Part shown: positions 1-8,993 of the stretch, piece by piece | Numbering within the stretch: the first letter of the stretch is position 1 | How the letters are laid out: each line of letters starts with the position of its first letter | From: an uncultured Planctomycetota bacterium | GTDB lineage: Bacteria > Planctomycetota > Planctomycetia > Pirellulales > Lacipirellulaceae | DNA length: 64,000 nucleotides | Direction of reading: 5' to 3' | Assembly: GCA_963719315.1 (NCBI GenBank) | Contig: CAVRBU010000002.1 | Span: forward strand, 1,504,001-1,568,000 | Translations under genes and position numbers: made by a program | Notes under the pieces: generated by a model | Told to the model about the DNA's origin: nothing | The model's database searches: none | Seen by the model: only the letters and a program-made list of their open reading frames with translations

Positions 1-1440
1 ATCCGCAGAGCCGAATTGAGGAGATCACGGATGGCGTTGGGACACCGCAACCAAGAGCAGCAGTCGTCCTTCTGGATCCCGGTGGACCAGTTGCCGCGGT
101 CGGAAGGGCATGTGTTTTACGGCAAGCTCAATCAATTGCTGCGAGCAGCCGGCTTCGACGAGTTCGTCGAAAGGCTCTGTGAGCCGTACTACCACGAAAC
201 GATGGGGCGGCCCGGCATTCCGCCGGGCGTCTACTTCCGGATGCTGTTGGTGGGCTACTTCGAGGGCCTCGGCTCGCAGCGGGGCATCGCCTGGCGGTGT
301 GCCGACAGTCTCAGCTTGCGAGAATTTCTGGGCGTCCCGCTCGGCGAAGAGACGCCTGACCATTCGAGCCTGACGCGGGTCCGCGACCGACTGCCGTTGT
401 CGGTTCATCGGCAAGTATTCTGCTTCGTGCTCGAGGTGGCTGAGCAGCAAGGCCTGCTCGCCGGCAAGACGGTGGGCGTCGACGCCACGACCCTGGAGGC
501 CGACGCGGCCATGAAGAGCATCGTCAGGCGCGACACGGGCGAGGACTGGCAGGAGTATGTTCGGCGTCTGATGCAGGAAGCAGGCCAGATCGAGCCGGGC
601 GACGAACCCTCAGCCGAGGAGATTGCTCGGTTCGATCGCCAGCGCAAGGACAAAAAGGTCTCGAACCAAGAATGGCAGAGCGAAACCGACCCAGACAGCC
701 GGATCACCCGGATGAAGGACGGCCGCACGCATCTGGCCTACAAGGCCGAACACGTCGTCGATCTGGACACGGAGCTGATCCTGGCGGCCGAGATCTATCA
801 CGCCAACGCGGCCGACGTGGACACGATCGGCCCGAGCCTCAGCCAAGCGCAAGACAACTTGATTCAAGCCGACAGCGACGCGGACATCGAGGAGACGGTG
901 GCGGACAAAGGCTACTCGGGGAACGAGACGCTGGCCGAATTGGAATTCACCGAGGGTCTACGAACGTACATCGCCGAACCACAGCACGCGCATCGTCGCA
1001 ATTGGAAAAACAAAGCGGACGAAGAGCGTCGGGCGGTGACGGGCAACCGCCGCCGGGTCAAAGGAAAGCGAGGACGTGCTCTACAGCGCGAGAGGAGTGA
1101 GAAGGTCGAGCGGAGTTTCGCCCACGTCTGCGAGACGGGCGGCAGTCGGCGAACGTGGCTGCATGGTATCGAGAAAGTGAGAAAGCGATACCTGACGTCG
1201 GCCATGGCACGCAATCTGGGCCTCGTCCTGCGCCACTTGTTCGGAATCGGCACGGCCAGGAGCCTGCAAGGGAACGGCGGGCTTGCCGACGCCTTGCATG
1301 TTGTGTTGTTTAACACCCTGGCCGCGCTGGAGCGTCTGCTGACGCCCACGCCGCCGACCGGCCGACAAAAATCAACCATCAACCAACCGCTCGCGTTGGC
1401 TGCCTAAAATCACCAAATACCAACTTCTTCAACAGGCTAC
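1..1440 (+). mobile_element. Insertion sequence (IS1182-like); right end near 1440, left end outside the window
   Basis: The transposase is followed by TTCTTCAACAGGCTAC (1425-1440), resembling IS1182/IS5-type ends, which abuts the stop codon of the next gene. Confidence 0.65.
31..1407 (+). CDS. IS1182-family (DUF772 + DDE) transposase
   Basis: GRPGIPPGVYFRMLLVGYFEG..SQRGIAW..ADSLSLREFLG..PDHSSL N-terminus; DDE motifs VDATT, ADKGY and VERSF; ATG at 31 follows GAGGAG. Confidence 0.88.
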   Translation: MALGHRNQEQQSSFWIPVDQLPRSEGHVFYGKLNQLLRAAGFDEFVERLCEPYYHETMGRPGIPPGVYFRMLLVGYFEGLGSQRGIAWRCADSLSLREFLGVPLGEETPDHSSLTRVRDRLPLSVHRQVFCFVLEVAEQQGLLAGKTVGVDATTLEADAAMKSIVRRDTGEDWQEYVRRLMQEAGQIEPGDEPSAEEIARFDRQRKDKKVSNQEWQSETDPDSRITRMKDGRTHLAYKAEHVVDLDTELILAAEIYHANAADVDTIGPSLSQAQDNLIQADSDADIEETVADKGYSGNETLAELEFTEGLRTYIAEPQHAHRRNWKNKADEERRAVTGNRRRVKGKRGRALQRERSEKVERSFAHVCETGGSRRTWLHGIEKVRKRYLTSAMARNLGLVLRHLFGIGTARSLQGNGGLADALHVVLFNTLAALERLLTPTPPTGRQKSTINQPLALAA

Positions 1441-2159
1441 TAAGCCACGTTGAGCTGCTGCCCCGCCACGTTCAACTGCCCAACATTCTGCACCATCAGC
1501 AGCGGGGCGTGTCGCCGCAGGTCCTTCAGTGCTCGCAGTGTCCGCATAAAGATGCGGTTAAAGCGATCAACCATTTGAGCAGCCTGTTCGACGGCCTGCA
1601 AGTCGGCGGCCCGCGGAGTTTTCCAGCGTCCTTCTTCCTTGATTCGCTCGTTGTCAACTTCAAGGCAAGCGTAGAGCATCATTCGTTCATGCCAAAACAA
1701 CTGGGCCGTCCAAGCTTGCGCCAGCATGTCGATCATCGTGCGTTCGATGCCGTTCTGAGGGTTCCAACTGGCAACAAGTTCGTCGCGGAGGGCCAGAAAT
1801 TGCGCCCGTGGCCACGCCCCATTCGAAAGCGATAACTCATTTGCTTGTGCGGCGCGATGGCCCGTCTGTAGCTCTGCCCGGGCAGCCTTCCGGATTTCAT
1901 GGCACCTTGCTTCGGCGCGTTTCGGGTCCACCTTCGCAAGCGCTGCCAGTTCGAAAAAGGTAGCAGACCTCGGATCGCCAGACTTCGTTCGACTGGCGAC
2001 AGCCTGTGCCCGAGCTTCCATGATCGCGATCGCCTCGTCGGCCGGTCGCGATAGGTGCTCCATCTCCGCTTCGACGTACCGGCACATCGCTTGGGACATT
2101 TCCGACGCGAGCGGCAGCGCTTCAGAGTATTGTGGCCGTTCGAGATTCCGTTGCGGCAT
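1440..2159 (-). CDS. Hypothetical helical protein (mobile-element cargo)
   Basis: 239-aa ORF overlapping the upstream DUF6788 ORF; GGAGG-like RBS before the ATG; ends in VQNVGQLNVAGQQLNVA. Confidence 0.65.
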   Translation of the reverse strand: MPQRNLERPQYSEALPLASEMSQAMCRYVEAEMEHLSRPADEAIAIMEARAQAVASRTKSGDPRSATFFELAALAKVDPKRAEARCHEIRKAARAELQTGHRAAQANELSLSNGAWPRAQFLALRDELVASWNPQNGIERTMIDMLAQAWTAQLFWHERMMLYACLEVDNERIKEEGRWKTPRAADLQAVEQAAQMVDRFNRIFMRTLRALKDLRRHAPLLMVQNVGQLNVAGQQLNVA

Positions 2160-2445
2160 CGGCTGTTTCCTCCAATGAACGTAGCGTGGCCGTCATTTCG
2201 CTGAAAAGCTGAAGGTCCGCCGTCAAAAGCCGGCGCTCTGCCCGTCGGCGCTCACACGCCTCTTGAACCAGGAGCACTTCGTCGCGCGCAACGTATTGCT
2301 TTCGTAACCGGCCCGCTTCGCGCCAAAAGCGGTAGAAGTATGGCCCGTGGAGAGCGCCTTGCTCACATTTGCAGCCAGGCTTACCGCAGCGCACCATCTG
2401 CGGTCGAATCACGCCCGGCAGGATCTTAGGTAACGCTTCTGGCAT
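2122..2445 (-). CDS. DUF6788-like protein (putative Zn-binding)
   Basis: RCGKPGCKC..GALHGPYFYRFWR..G motif. Confidence 0.7.
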   Translation of the reverse strand: MPEALPKILPGVIRPQMVRCGKPGCKCEQGALHGPYFYRFWREAGRLRKQYVARDEVLLVQEACERRRAERRLLTADLQLFSEMTATLRSLEETADAATESRTATIL

Positions 2446-2792
2446 TTTTTACTCAGCGGGCCGCGAATATCCTAATTGTATCGCGCATGGGTCAGTCGCG
2501 ACGCATCGTTGACTACCGCTTGGTCCAATTTGCACCCTCCACCGATAGGACAGTGACTATTCCCCGCTCACGCGCTCGGTGACGCGTGCTGGGTCGAGGT
2601 CATCTTTGATCAGCGGCGATCTAGCGTTCGACCTCCTTTGACCAGCGATTGCGTCCCCCTCGTCTTAGGGACATAATCGGCATCGGGCGGCAGCTATCGA
2701 TGGCGGGAAAGAAGCTTCTGCCCGCAGGCGACCGCGCCTCTAAGGTCGCGTGTGCCGGCTATTCTGATTGCCTAGCGAACTACACGTTCATC

Positions 2793-3980
2793 ATGGCGAA
2801 ACGAGCATCCAAATCTCGCGGCAAAAAGGGTGCGAACGGCGGCGCGAATCTGGGTTTTGAGGGCGAGCTTTGGCGGGCCGCCGACGCGCTGCGGTCCAAC
2901 ATGGACGCAGCCGAGTACAAGCACGTCGTGCTCGGCCTGATCTTCCTCAAGTACATCTCGGACGCCTTCGAAGAGCAACACGCCGCACTCGAAGCGGATA
3001 AGAAGTCCGGGGCCGATCCCGAAGACCCGGACGAATACCGGGCGCTCAACATCTTCTGGGTGCCGCCGGAAGCGCGGTGGACCTACCTGCGTGGTCGCGC
3101 CAAAGACCCGAAGATCGGCAAGATCGTCGATGACGCCATGCTGGCCATCGAGCGCGACAACCCCACGCTCAAAGGCGTGCTGCCCAAGGACTACGCCCAC
3201 GCCCGGCTCGATAAGCAGCGGCTCGGCCAGCTTATCGACATGGTCGGAAACATCGGCCTGGGCGACAAGGAGAATCGCTCAAAGGACATCCTCGGCCGCG
3301 TGTACGAGTATTTTCTCTCGCAGTTCGCCAGTGCCGAAGGCAAGAAGGGAGGTCAGTTCTATACGCCGCGCTCTGTCGTCCAGGTGCTGGTCGAAATGCT
3401 GGCCCCGTACAAGGGCCGCGTGTTCGATCCGTGCTGCGGCTCGGGCGGCATGTTCGTGCAATCGCTCAAGTTCGTCCAGGCGCACACCAACGGGAACGGC
3501 AACGGCGGCAAGGCCACGGCCGGCATCAGCATCTTCGGGCAGGAATCGAACCATACCACGTGGCGGCTGGCGAAGATGAACCTTGCCATCCGTGGCATCG
3601 ACTCGAACCTCGGGGCCGAGCAAGCCGACAGCTTTCACCACGATCTGCATGCCGATCTCAAGGCCGACTACGTGCTGGCCAACCCGCCGTTTAACGACAG
3701 CGACTGGCGCGGTGACCTGTTGAAAGAGGATAAACGGTGGAAGTACGGCACGCCGCCTGCCGGCAATGCTAACTACGCCTGGGTGCAGCACTTCATCCAT
3801 CACCTGGCCCCAACCGGCCTGGCCGGTTTCGTGCTGGCCAACGGCAGCATGTCGAGTAATCAGTCAAATGAAGGCGAGATTCGCAAGAACATTGTCGAGG
3901 CCGACCTTGTGGATTGCATGGTCGCGCTGCCAGGACAACTCTTTTACAGCACACAGATATGCGCCCGGTTTCGCCATTAG
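2793..3980 (+). pseudogene. hsdM: Type I restriction-modification M subunit, C-terminally truncated
   Basis: [31 protein letters not shown] and NPPF motifs; homology ends at [11 protein letters not shown] (~3958); no hsdS or hsdR follows. Confidence 0.85.
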
Positions 3981-5484
3981 TGCCAGGTTGTCCGGGGCGG
4001 AGAGCGTTGGCGTCACTTGGAAGCGACCAGACAGCACGTTTCCCGAAACCTTCGCGTTTGGACAGGCCGCCTATCTCGCGAAACGCGCGTTGAATCGTCC
4101 GCTCGCTGAATCCCATGTCCTCCGCATCGTCGATCACGTCTTCTCTTGGCCGGGACCCCGCAGCCAAATCCTTGTTCAACCAGTCGATGGCTTCTTTGTG
4201 TTGCTTCGGCGCCGGACCACGTTTTTTCACTTCAATCGCCATCGCTTCGTCGGCCGTTATGCTGACCGGCTCTGACTCCCAACAAACGACCGGCGCACCC
4301 TTTAGCCCGCGGCATTCAACGGTGAATGCCAGCCCGTTTTTTGAATCCGGAGCCAAGTTGTTTTTGATCGGCAGCATGAGGCGGCGACGCGGATTCGTTT
4401 TGCACGGACATACCACCCACACGGCGCGCGCAGCCGCGACGAATGCGAGACTACCCATTGCACGATACAGCGCCGCGCCTTCACCTTTGCGCAGATGCGT
4501 CACAGCCAGAATGGCGACCCGCTCTTCTGCGGCCAATGCCGCCAACGGAGCCAGCATTCCCCGCACTTCGGCGTTATTGTGCGAATCGGCCTTGCCCATG
4601 TAGGCGCTCACCGGATCGACGATGACCAGTCGGCAGTCCGGCGTTCGTTCAATGGCCGCACGTAATTGGTCGATGTCGCGGGTCAGGTCGGCAAGCGACG
4701 TGAGCGCGACGACGCGACTACAATCCGCTTCGTGCGCGTCCAGCCGCGGTCGAATCGTGTCGGCAAGATCATCCTCAGCACTCAATAGAACCACGCCGCC
4801 AACCGGTTGCGGAGCATGGGGAGCATCAGGCCAGGGCGCGCCGCGGCTGACGGCCGACGCGATGCCGAGCGTCACCGGTGACTTGCCCAAGCCAGGGTCG
4901 CCGGCCAGCAGCGTCACCTTGCCGATCGCAATGCGATTTGTCCACAGCCACTCGACCGGCTCAGGTTCCACGTCGGCCACGCAGACCAGCTCGGCTCCGT
5001 GACTGCTGCCGCGGTCGATGTCTGCCAACTCTTCCCGCAAGGTCGCAATCGCGTCGCCCGCGTCGCCATTGCAATTCCGGAGGCTGTTGAGCGCATCGTT
5101 GACCGCGCCCACGGCGCGCCGCTGCCGGGACGCTTCGGCAACCAGCTTCACGTAGCGGTCAATGTGGGCGGTCGTGGCGATTCCGTCGAGCACTTCCGAT
5201 AATAGACCGACGGGGTTTTCGATTTCGCCCTTGAGCGCAGCGACCAATAGGCCATGCTCCAACGGTTCGCCGCGCTGATGCAGCCGCTCCATTGCAGCGA
5301 AGATGGTGCGGCACTTAGCGTCGCTGAAGTCGCGGGCCTGGATCGCATCGAATACCTTTATGGCACAATCATCGTCGCCATTTGAAGCCGCCCGTAAAAG
5401 CACAGCGATGATCGTTCGTTCGGCTTCGGGCTCGGATCGTAAACGGCTGCGGTCGCTGGCCGCGATTGCTCCCTTCCCTTCCAT
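3793..5484 (-). CDS. DnaB-like N-terminal domain + AAA_25/RepA-type helicase of a mobile element; true C-terminus probably lost near 3958
   Basis: [24 protein letters not shown]-domain; Walker A GDPGLGKS; Walker [21 protein letters not shown] and IKNN motifs; the last ~55 codons run antisense into hsdM. Confidence 0.8.
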   Translation of the reverse strand: MEGKGAIAASDRSRLRSEPEAERTIIAVLLRAASNGDDDCAIKVFDAIQARDFSDAKCRTIFAAMERLHQRGEPLEHGLLVAALKGEIENPVGLLSEVLDGIATTAHIDRYVKLVAEASRQRRAVGAVNDALNSLRNCNGDAGDAIATLREELADIDRGSSHGAELVCVADVEPEPVEWLWTNRIAIGKVTLLAGDPGLGKSPVTLGIASAVSRGAPWPDAPHAPQPVGGVVLLSAEDDLADTIRPRLDAHEADCSRVVALTSLADLTRDIDQLRAAIERTPDCRLVIVDPVSAYMGKADSHNNAEVRGMLAPLAALAAEERVAILAVTHLRKGEGAALYRAMGSLAFVAAARAVWVVCPCKTNPRRRLMLPIKNNLAPDSKNGLAFTVECRGLKGAPVVCWESEPVSITADEAMAIEVKKRGPAPKQHKEAIDWLNKDLAAGSRPREDVIDDAEDMGFSERTIQRAFREIGGLSKREGFGKRAVWSLPSDANALRPGQPGTNGETGRISVCCKRVVLAARPCNPQGRPRQCSCESRLHLTDYSTCCRWPARNRPGRLGPGDG

Positions 5485-5557
5485 GATGTAAAATCCTGTG
5501 GGTGACTAACCTCTCGCTGTTGCACCGGTAGACCGTCTACCGGGCGTTTTCGTAGTG

Positions 5558-5627
5558 TGGAGCGCCGCGGAATCGAACCGCGCACGAGTAGGTGACTAAC
5601 CGCTCGCCGACACCAGCCGTGCGCCCC
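5558..5627 (-). ncRNA. tRNA-like structured RNA (non-canonical D and anticodon arms)
   Basis: Acceptor stem GGGGCGC/GCGCTCC + A; T arm CGCGG-TTCGATT-CCGCG; 7-nt central loop TTAGTCA. Confidence 0.6.
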
Positions 5628-5665
5628 ACACCGTAACATGTTCACGCCAATAGCTCATCGAAATC

Positions 5666-5920
5666 CTATTCAGCACGCTGCCGGTCCGCTTCGCGCTGGC
5701 CTGGCGTGCGTCCGACCGGCAGCGCCTCGCCGTTGATCTTGGCCAACCAGCGCTCATACGCGGGAAGCGTCGTAAACTCCTTTCCGCCGACGTTGAACGA
5801 TTCGAGTTTGTGGCCCTTACATCCACGAAGCGCCCAACGCCACACAGTGCTGATATGCACGTTCTCACGTTGGGCCAGCTCGGAAAACGAGATTCGTGGT
5901 TCGGCAAGCAGATAAGTCAT
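5666..5920 (-). CDS. DUF1580-family HTH protein (excisionase/regulator-like)
   Basis: HISTVWRWALRG..G.KLESFNVGGKEFTT motif, typical of planctomycete mobile-element HTH proteins. Confidence 0.75.
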   Translation of the reverse strand: MTYLLAEPRISFSELAQRENVHISTVWRWALRGCKGHKLESFNVGGKEFTTLPAYERWLAKINGEALPVGRTPGQREADRQRAE

Positions 5921-6031
5921 GGCATGGCCTCAAGTGAAGCGGAATGCGAATCAACGCATTCTGTTTTTACACCCAGCCATGCACTGCACTCGCGCACCAC
6001 CTAGCGTTGCGCGAAAATAGATACGCAACGG

Positions 6032-6751
6032 CTAGCGTTGCGCGGACGGCTTAGAAAGTTGCCGCTTGAGGGTGTCCTTTGAGAGGGAAACACCATGTTC
6101 AGCTTTGAGCCTAGCCGCAGTGCGACGGTAAGCAGCGTCATCTGAAACTTTCTCAACCTTCAGTTCCGAAAATATCTTCCTGGCCATTCGTTCTACATCT
6201 TTGTTCCACTTCGCAGTTGCCTTGCCGCCTTTGGCGGATGCCGCGAGACGCAATTTGGCCGTGATAACAAGCGACTCAAACGGGCGAACTTGAATCCGTT
6301 CACAAAGTCGCCCTAGCTCGAACGCGGCGCGATACAGTCTATCAGCGTCGCCCGCGAGGCATTTTTTGACTGGTTGCAAAAGTTCGAGCGCTGCCAGAGC
6401 ATCAACAATCGTCGGTTCCAGGTCGGCCTTCGCTCGATAGCTGCCTAAGCCATCACCGAAATCGAGTTCAACATACTGTTCGTCGTCGCCAAGCGGAAAC
6501 AAGCCAGTCTCGGGATCGGCCTGCTCCGCTTGTAGTGGACCTTCGACATGCGGCAAGATGATGTCGCGCAGCCACTGCCGCAGGTGGCCCAAATCGGCCT
6601 TGAGAGAACGGTCGCGACTCTTTCGTTCATTGCGTAATCGCTGCCATTCTTCGGCCGTTAACTCGCTTGGCGGTCCGACGTACTGTGAATAGATGCCGGT
6701 GCTTAGCCAACCGTCGGCGTCCGGCGTTGCTTTTCGACGATTGCGCGCCAT
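6032..6751 (-). CDS. Hypothetical protein with a basic, HTH-like C-terminus
   Basis: Long ORF between the integrase and DUF1580; AAAGGA RBS upstream of ATG 6751; C-terminal AARLKAEHGVSLSKDTLKRQL. Confidence 0.6.
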   Translation of the reverse strand: MARNRRKATPDADGWLSTGIYSQYVGPPSELTAEEWQRLRNERKSRDRSLKADLGHLRQWLRDIILPHVEGPLQAEQADPETGLFPLGDDEQYVELDFGDGLGSYRAKADLEPTIVDALAALELLQPVKKCLAGDADRLYRAAFELGRLCERIQVRPFESLVITAKLRLAASAKGGKATAKWNKDVERMARKIFSELKVEKVSDDAAYRRTAARLKAEHGVSLSKDTLKRQLSKPSAQR

Positions 6752-6863
6752 GATGCGATGTCCTTTCAGTCGGGCGACTGGCCGACGACGCGGTGGACAT
6801 CGCTGAGCCACGAACGTCGGCAAGTCTGTGCGGTAGCGAGCCGCGACCCGACAATGTGTAAGT

Positions 6864-8096
6864 TTAACCTACTTGGCGCGCAACTTGAATTGCCAAGTTG
6901 AAGTCGCGCTCCGAGTAAATCTCTGTGGTGCTGATTTTGCTGTGGCCGAGCGTTACGCGCGACGCCTCGACGCCGAACTGCCGACGAATCTCTGTCCCGG
7001 CCGTGTGCCGCAATTGGTTCGGGGACCAACGATGTTCACGTTGCCACACTGCGAGCTTCACCGGGTCGCTGGCGATGGCGTCCGGTGCGGGAAACGCTTT
7101 GTGGCACGCGCGGGCAACCGCCCGGCGGTAGACGTAACTTGCGTATTTGGCCCCAGCTTGCCGCTTCGGCTTTGGTTTGTGGCGGTCGCCCGGCATTGTG
7201 CCACACGAAAGCGGTGTCTGGCGGTTGGCAAGTTGTTCCGCCCGGCGCTTGCGTTCGCTATCGATCGGCTGAAAGCAATTCGCCTGTGCGTCGCGGGCCA
7301 AATAGCGGAGTAGCACGCCTTGTGCCTTGGGGCCGAGAAATATGACGCGCTCTCGGCCGTGGTGCTCGCACTTGTGGGATTCGGGCACGTAACGCCACGG
7401 ATCGACGCTGCGGTCGATGTCGCAGGGGCGCATGATGCACAGTTCGGCCGGACGCATCCCGGTTAGACGCTGAAGGCGAACCATATCAGCCACCACTTCG
7501 GGCAGGTGGGGCAGCGTGGCATCGATCGTAGCGTCATTGACCGGCAAGACCGGCTTTGTCTCGCGGGCCTCGCCGCGGCCTTTGCGCAGGCCAGGCAGGG
7601 CGGCAAGCGCTTGGTGCACGTCGGGCCGGACCAATTGCTCGGCCACGCCCCAACGGAACATCCGCCGAATGCGGCCGACGTGTTGATTGATCGTCGTGAT
7701 TGCCAGGTCCGCGTCGATCATGTGGTTGCGGACAGCTTTCAAGGCGAGCGGTCCGAACTCGACCGCCGGCTGGCCAGAGTAGAGCGCGCGGACAAACCGC
7801 AGCGCGGCCTTTATCGCACACTGCTCGCTCGTCGGCCGTCCATTCTTGACGTAGCGGCTTTTGGCGAACTTCAAGTAACGGACGCACAACTCGGTCAGCG
7901 AAAGGTCCGCGGGCGAAACGTGCAGCGGTTGGCGTCCGGCGGCCAGCCATTCGCCAATCAGCCGATCGTATTCGCGTCGGCTGGCTTTGGTGCCGTGCGG
8001 GCCAAGGTAGAAGTCTCGGCCGCTGAGAGTGACCACGGCTTGACCCGTGGCTCGGTGTTTCCGGTATTTGGGTAGTGAATCCGAAAGTCTGGGCAT
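6864..8096 (-). CDS. Tyrosine recombinase / site-specific integrase
   Basis: Catalytic set TGMRPAEL, NQLRH, LGHS and TEIY; located next to the tRNA 3' end; GGAG RBS before ATG 8096. Confidence 0.92.
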   Translation of the reverse strand: MPRLSDSLPKYRKHRATGQAVVTLSGRDFYLGPHGTKASRREYDRLIGEWLAAGRQPLHVSPADLSLTELCVRYLKFAKSRYVKNGRPTSEQCAIKAALRFVRALYSGQPAVEFGPLALKAVRNHMIDADLAITTINQHVGRIRRMFRWGVAEQLVRPDVHQALAALPGLRKGRGEARETKPVLPVNDATIDATLPHLPEVVADMVRLQRLTGMRPAELCIMRPCDIDRSVDPWRYVPESHKCEHHGRERVIFLGPKAQGVLLRYLARDAQANCFQPIDSERKRRAEQLANRQTPLSCGTMPGDRHKPKPKRQAGAKYASYVYRRAVARACHKAFPAPDAIASDPVKLAVWQREHRWSPNQLRHTAGTEIRRQFGVEASRVTLGHSKISTTEIYSERDFNLAIQVARQVG

Positions 8097-8220
8097 GGTG
8101 GAGTCTCCCATTGTTGCAGCGTCAAAACGGTAGTTACCGTTTTGCGCCTTGGGGAAACGCCACACTGCCGACCATCAGCAGGTATCAAAAAACACTGGAT
8201 TCGGCGAAGTGAATTACAAG

Positions 8221-8294
<74 letters not shown>

Positions 8295-8993
8295 GGCGAG
8301 GCCAAACTGCCATCGGCCGTCCGCTGAACCAGTGATTATTGGTGGCGGACCGACATCGCAACGGCCAATTTACGCAGTCCTGTATGATAGCAATCGGCGG
8401 CTCGGATGACAGGGCCGTAGATTCCGCGAATTACAGGCGACCATTTAATTCCCGCTCTTGCGTAGTCTTCGCAATTTACCGCTCGCCGCGTAATTACATG
8501 CGTCCCAACGACTTCAGTGTCCAAGTCGCCCTTGCAAGCTAAGTGCACTTTCATTGTAATCTTGGGTGCAAGTGGCGAGCGCGGGCGGGAAAACCGGCTT
8601 CGAGCGGTCGAGCTTTATGGCCGCTTCATGGAATCTTAATCGACTATCGGCACTCAGCTCGTTTGCATAGATGCCGCGTTCGACTCTAGATTGAGCACGG
8701 TCAGGCTCAAACATCATATCCATATCTATTTTGCGTTTACGATGTTCGGCACGACGTATCCAAATTACTGGAATTGGCAGAAGCTGTTTTCCTACGGCGA
8801 AGTCGTGTGCTTTGTCTCCGCCTGGGCCGTAGGGCTCTTGATCGCGATTCAGGGCCAACAGCCCAACCGCGATCGCATGGCCACGCGCAGCTTCGCCGCC
8901 GCGACGGACTCGCTGGCCATTCAAGCTCGCTTGAGCCGCTGAGCGCAACGATCTTTGTCGTCTTAGCTCTACATCGGCTTCGCTACCAGTAGT

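Larger units (their letters stand above)
1440..8220 (-). mobile_element. Integrative, satellite-like element at the tRNA-Val 3' end (distal att not in the window)
   Basis: Gene order tRNA - integrase - hypothetical - HTH - helicase, all co-oriented; no capsid or conjugation genes seen. Confidence 0.7.

Noticed and set aside
8336..8992. Short ORFs between tRNA-Val and der
   Set aside because: No recognisable motifs and conflicting overlapping frames, so coding status cannot be supported.
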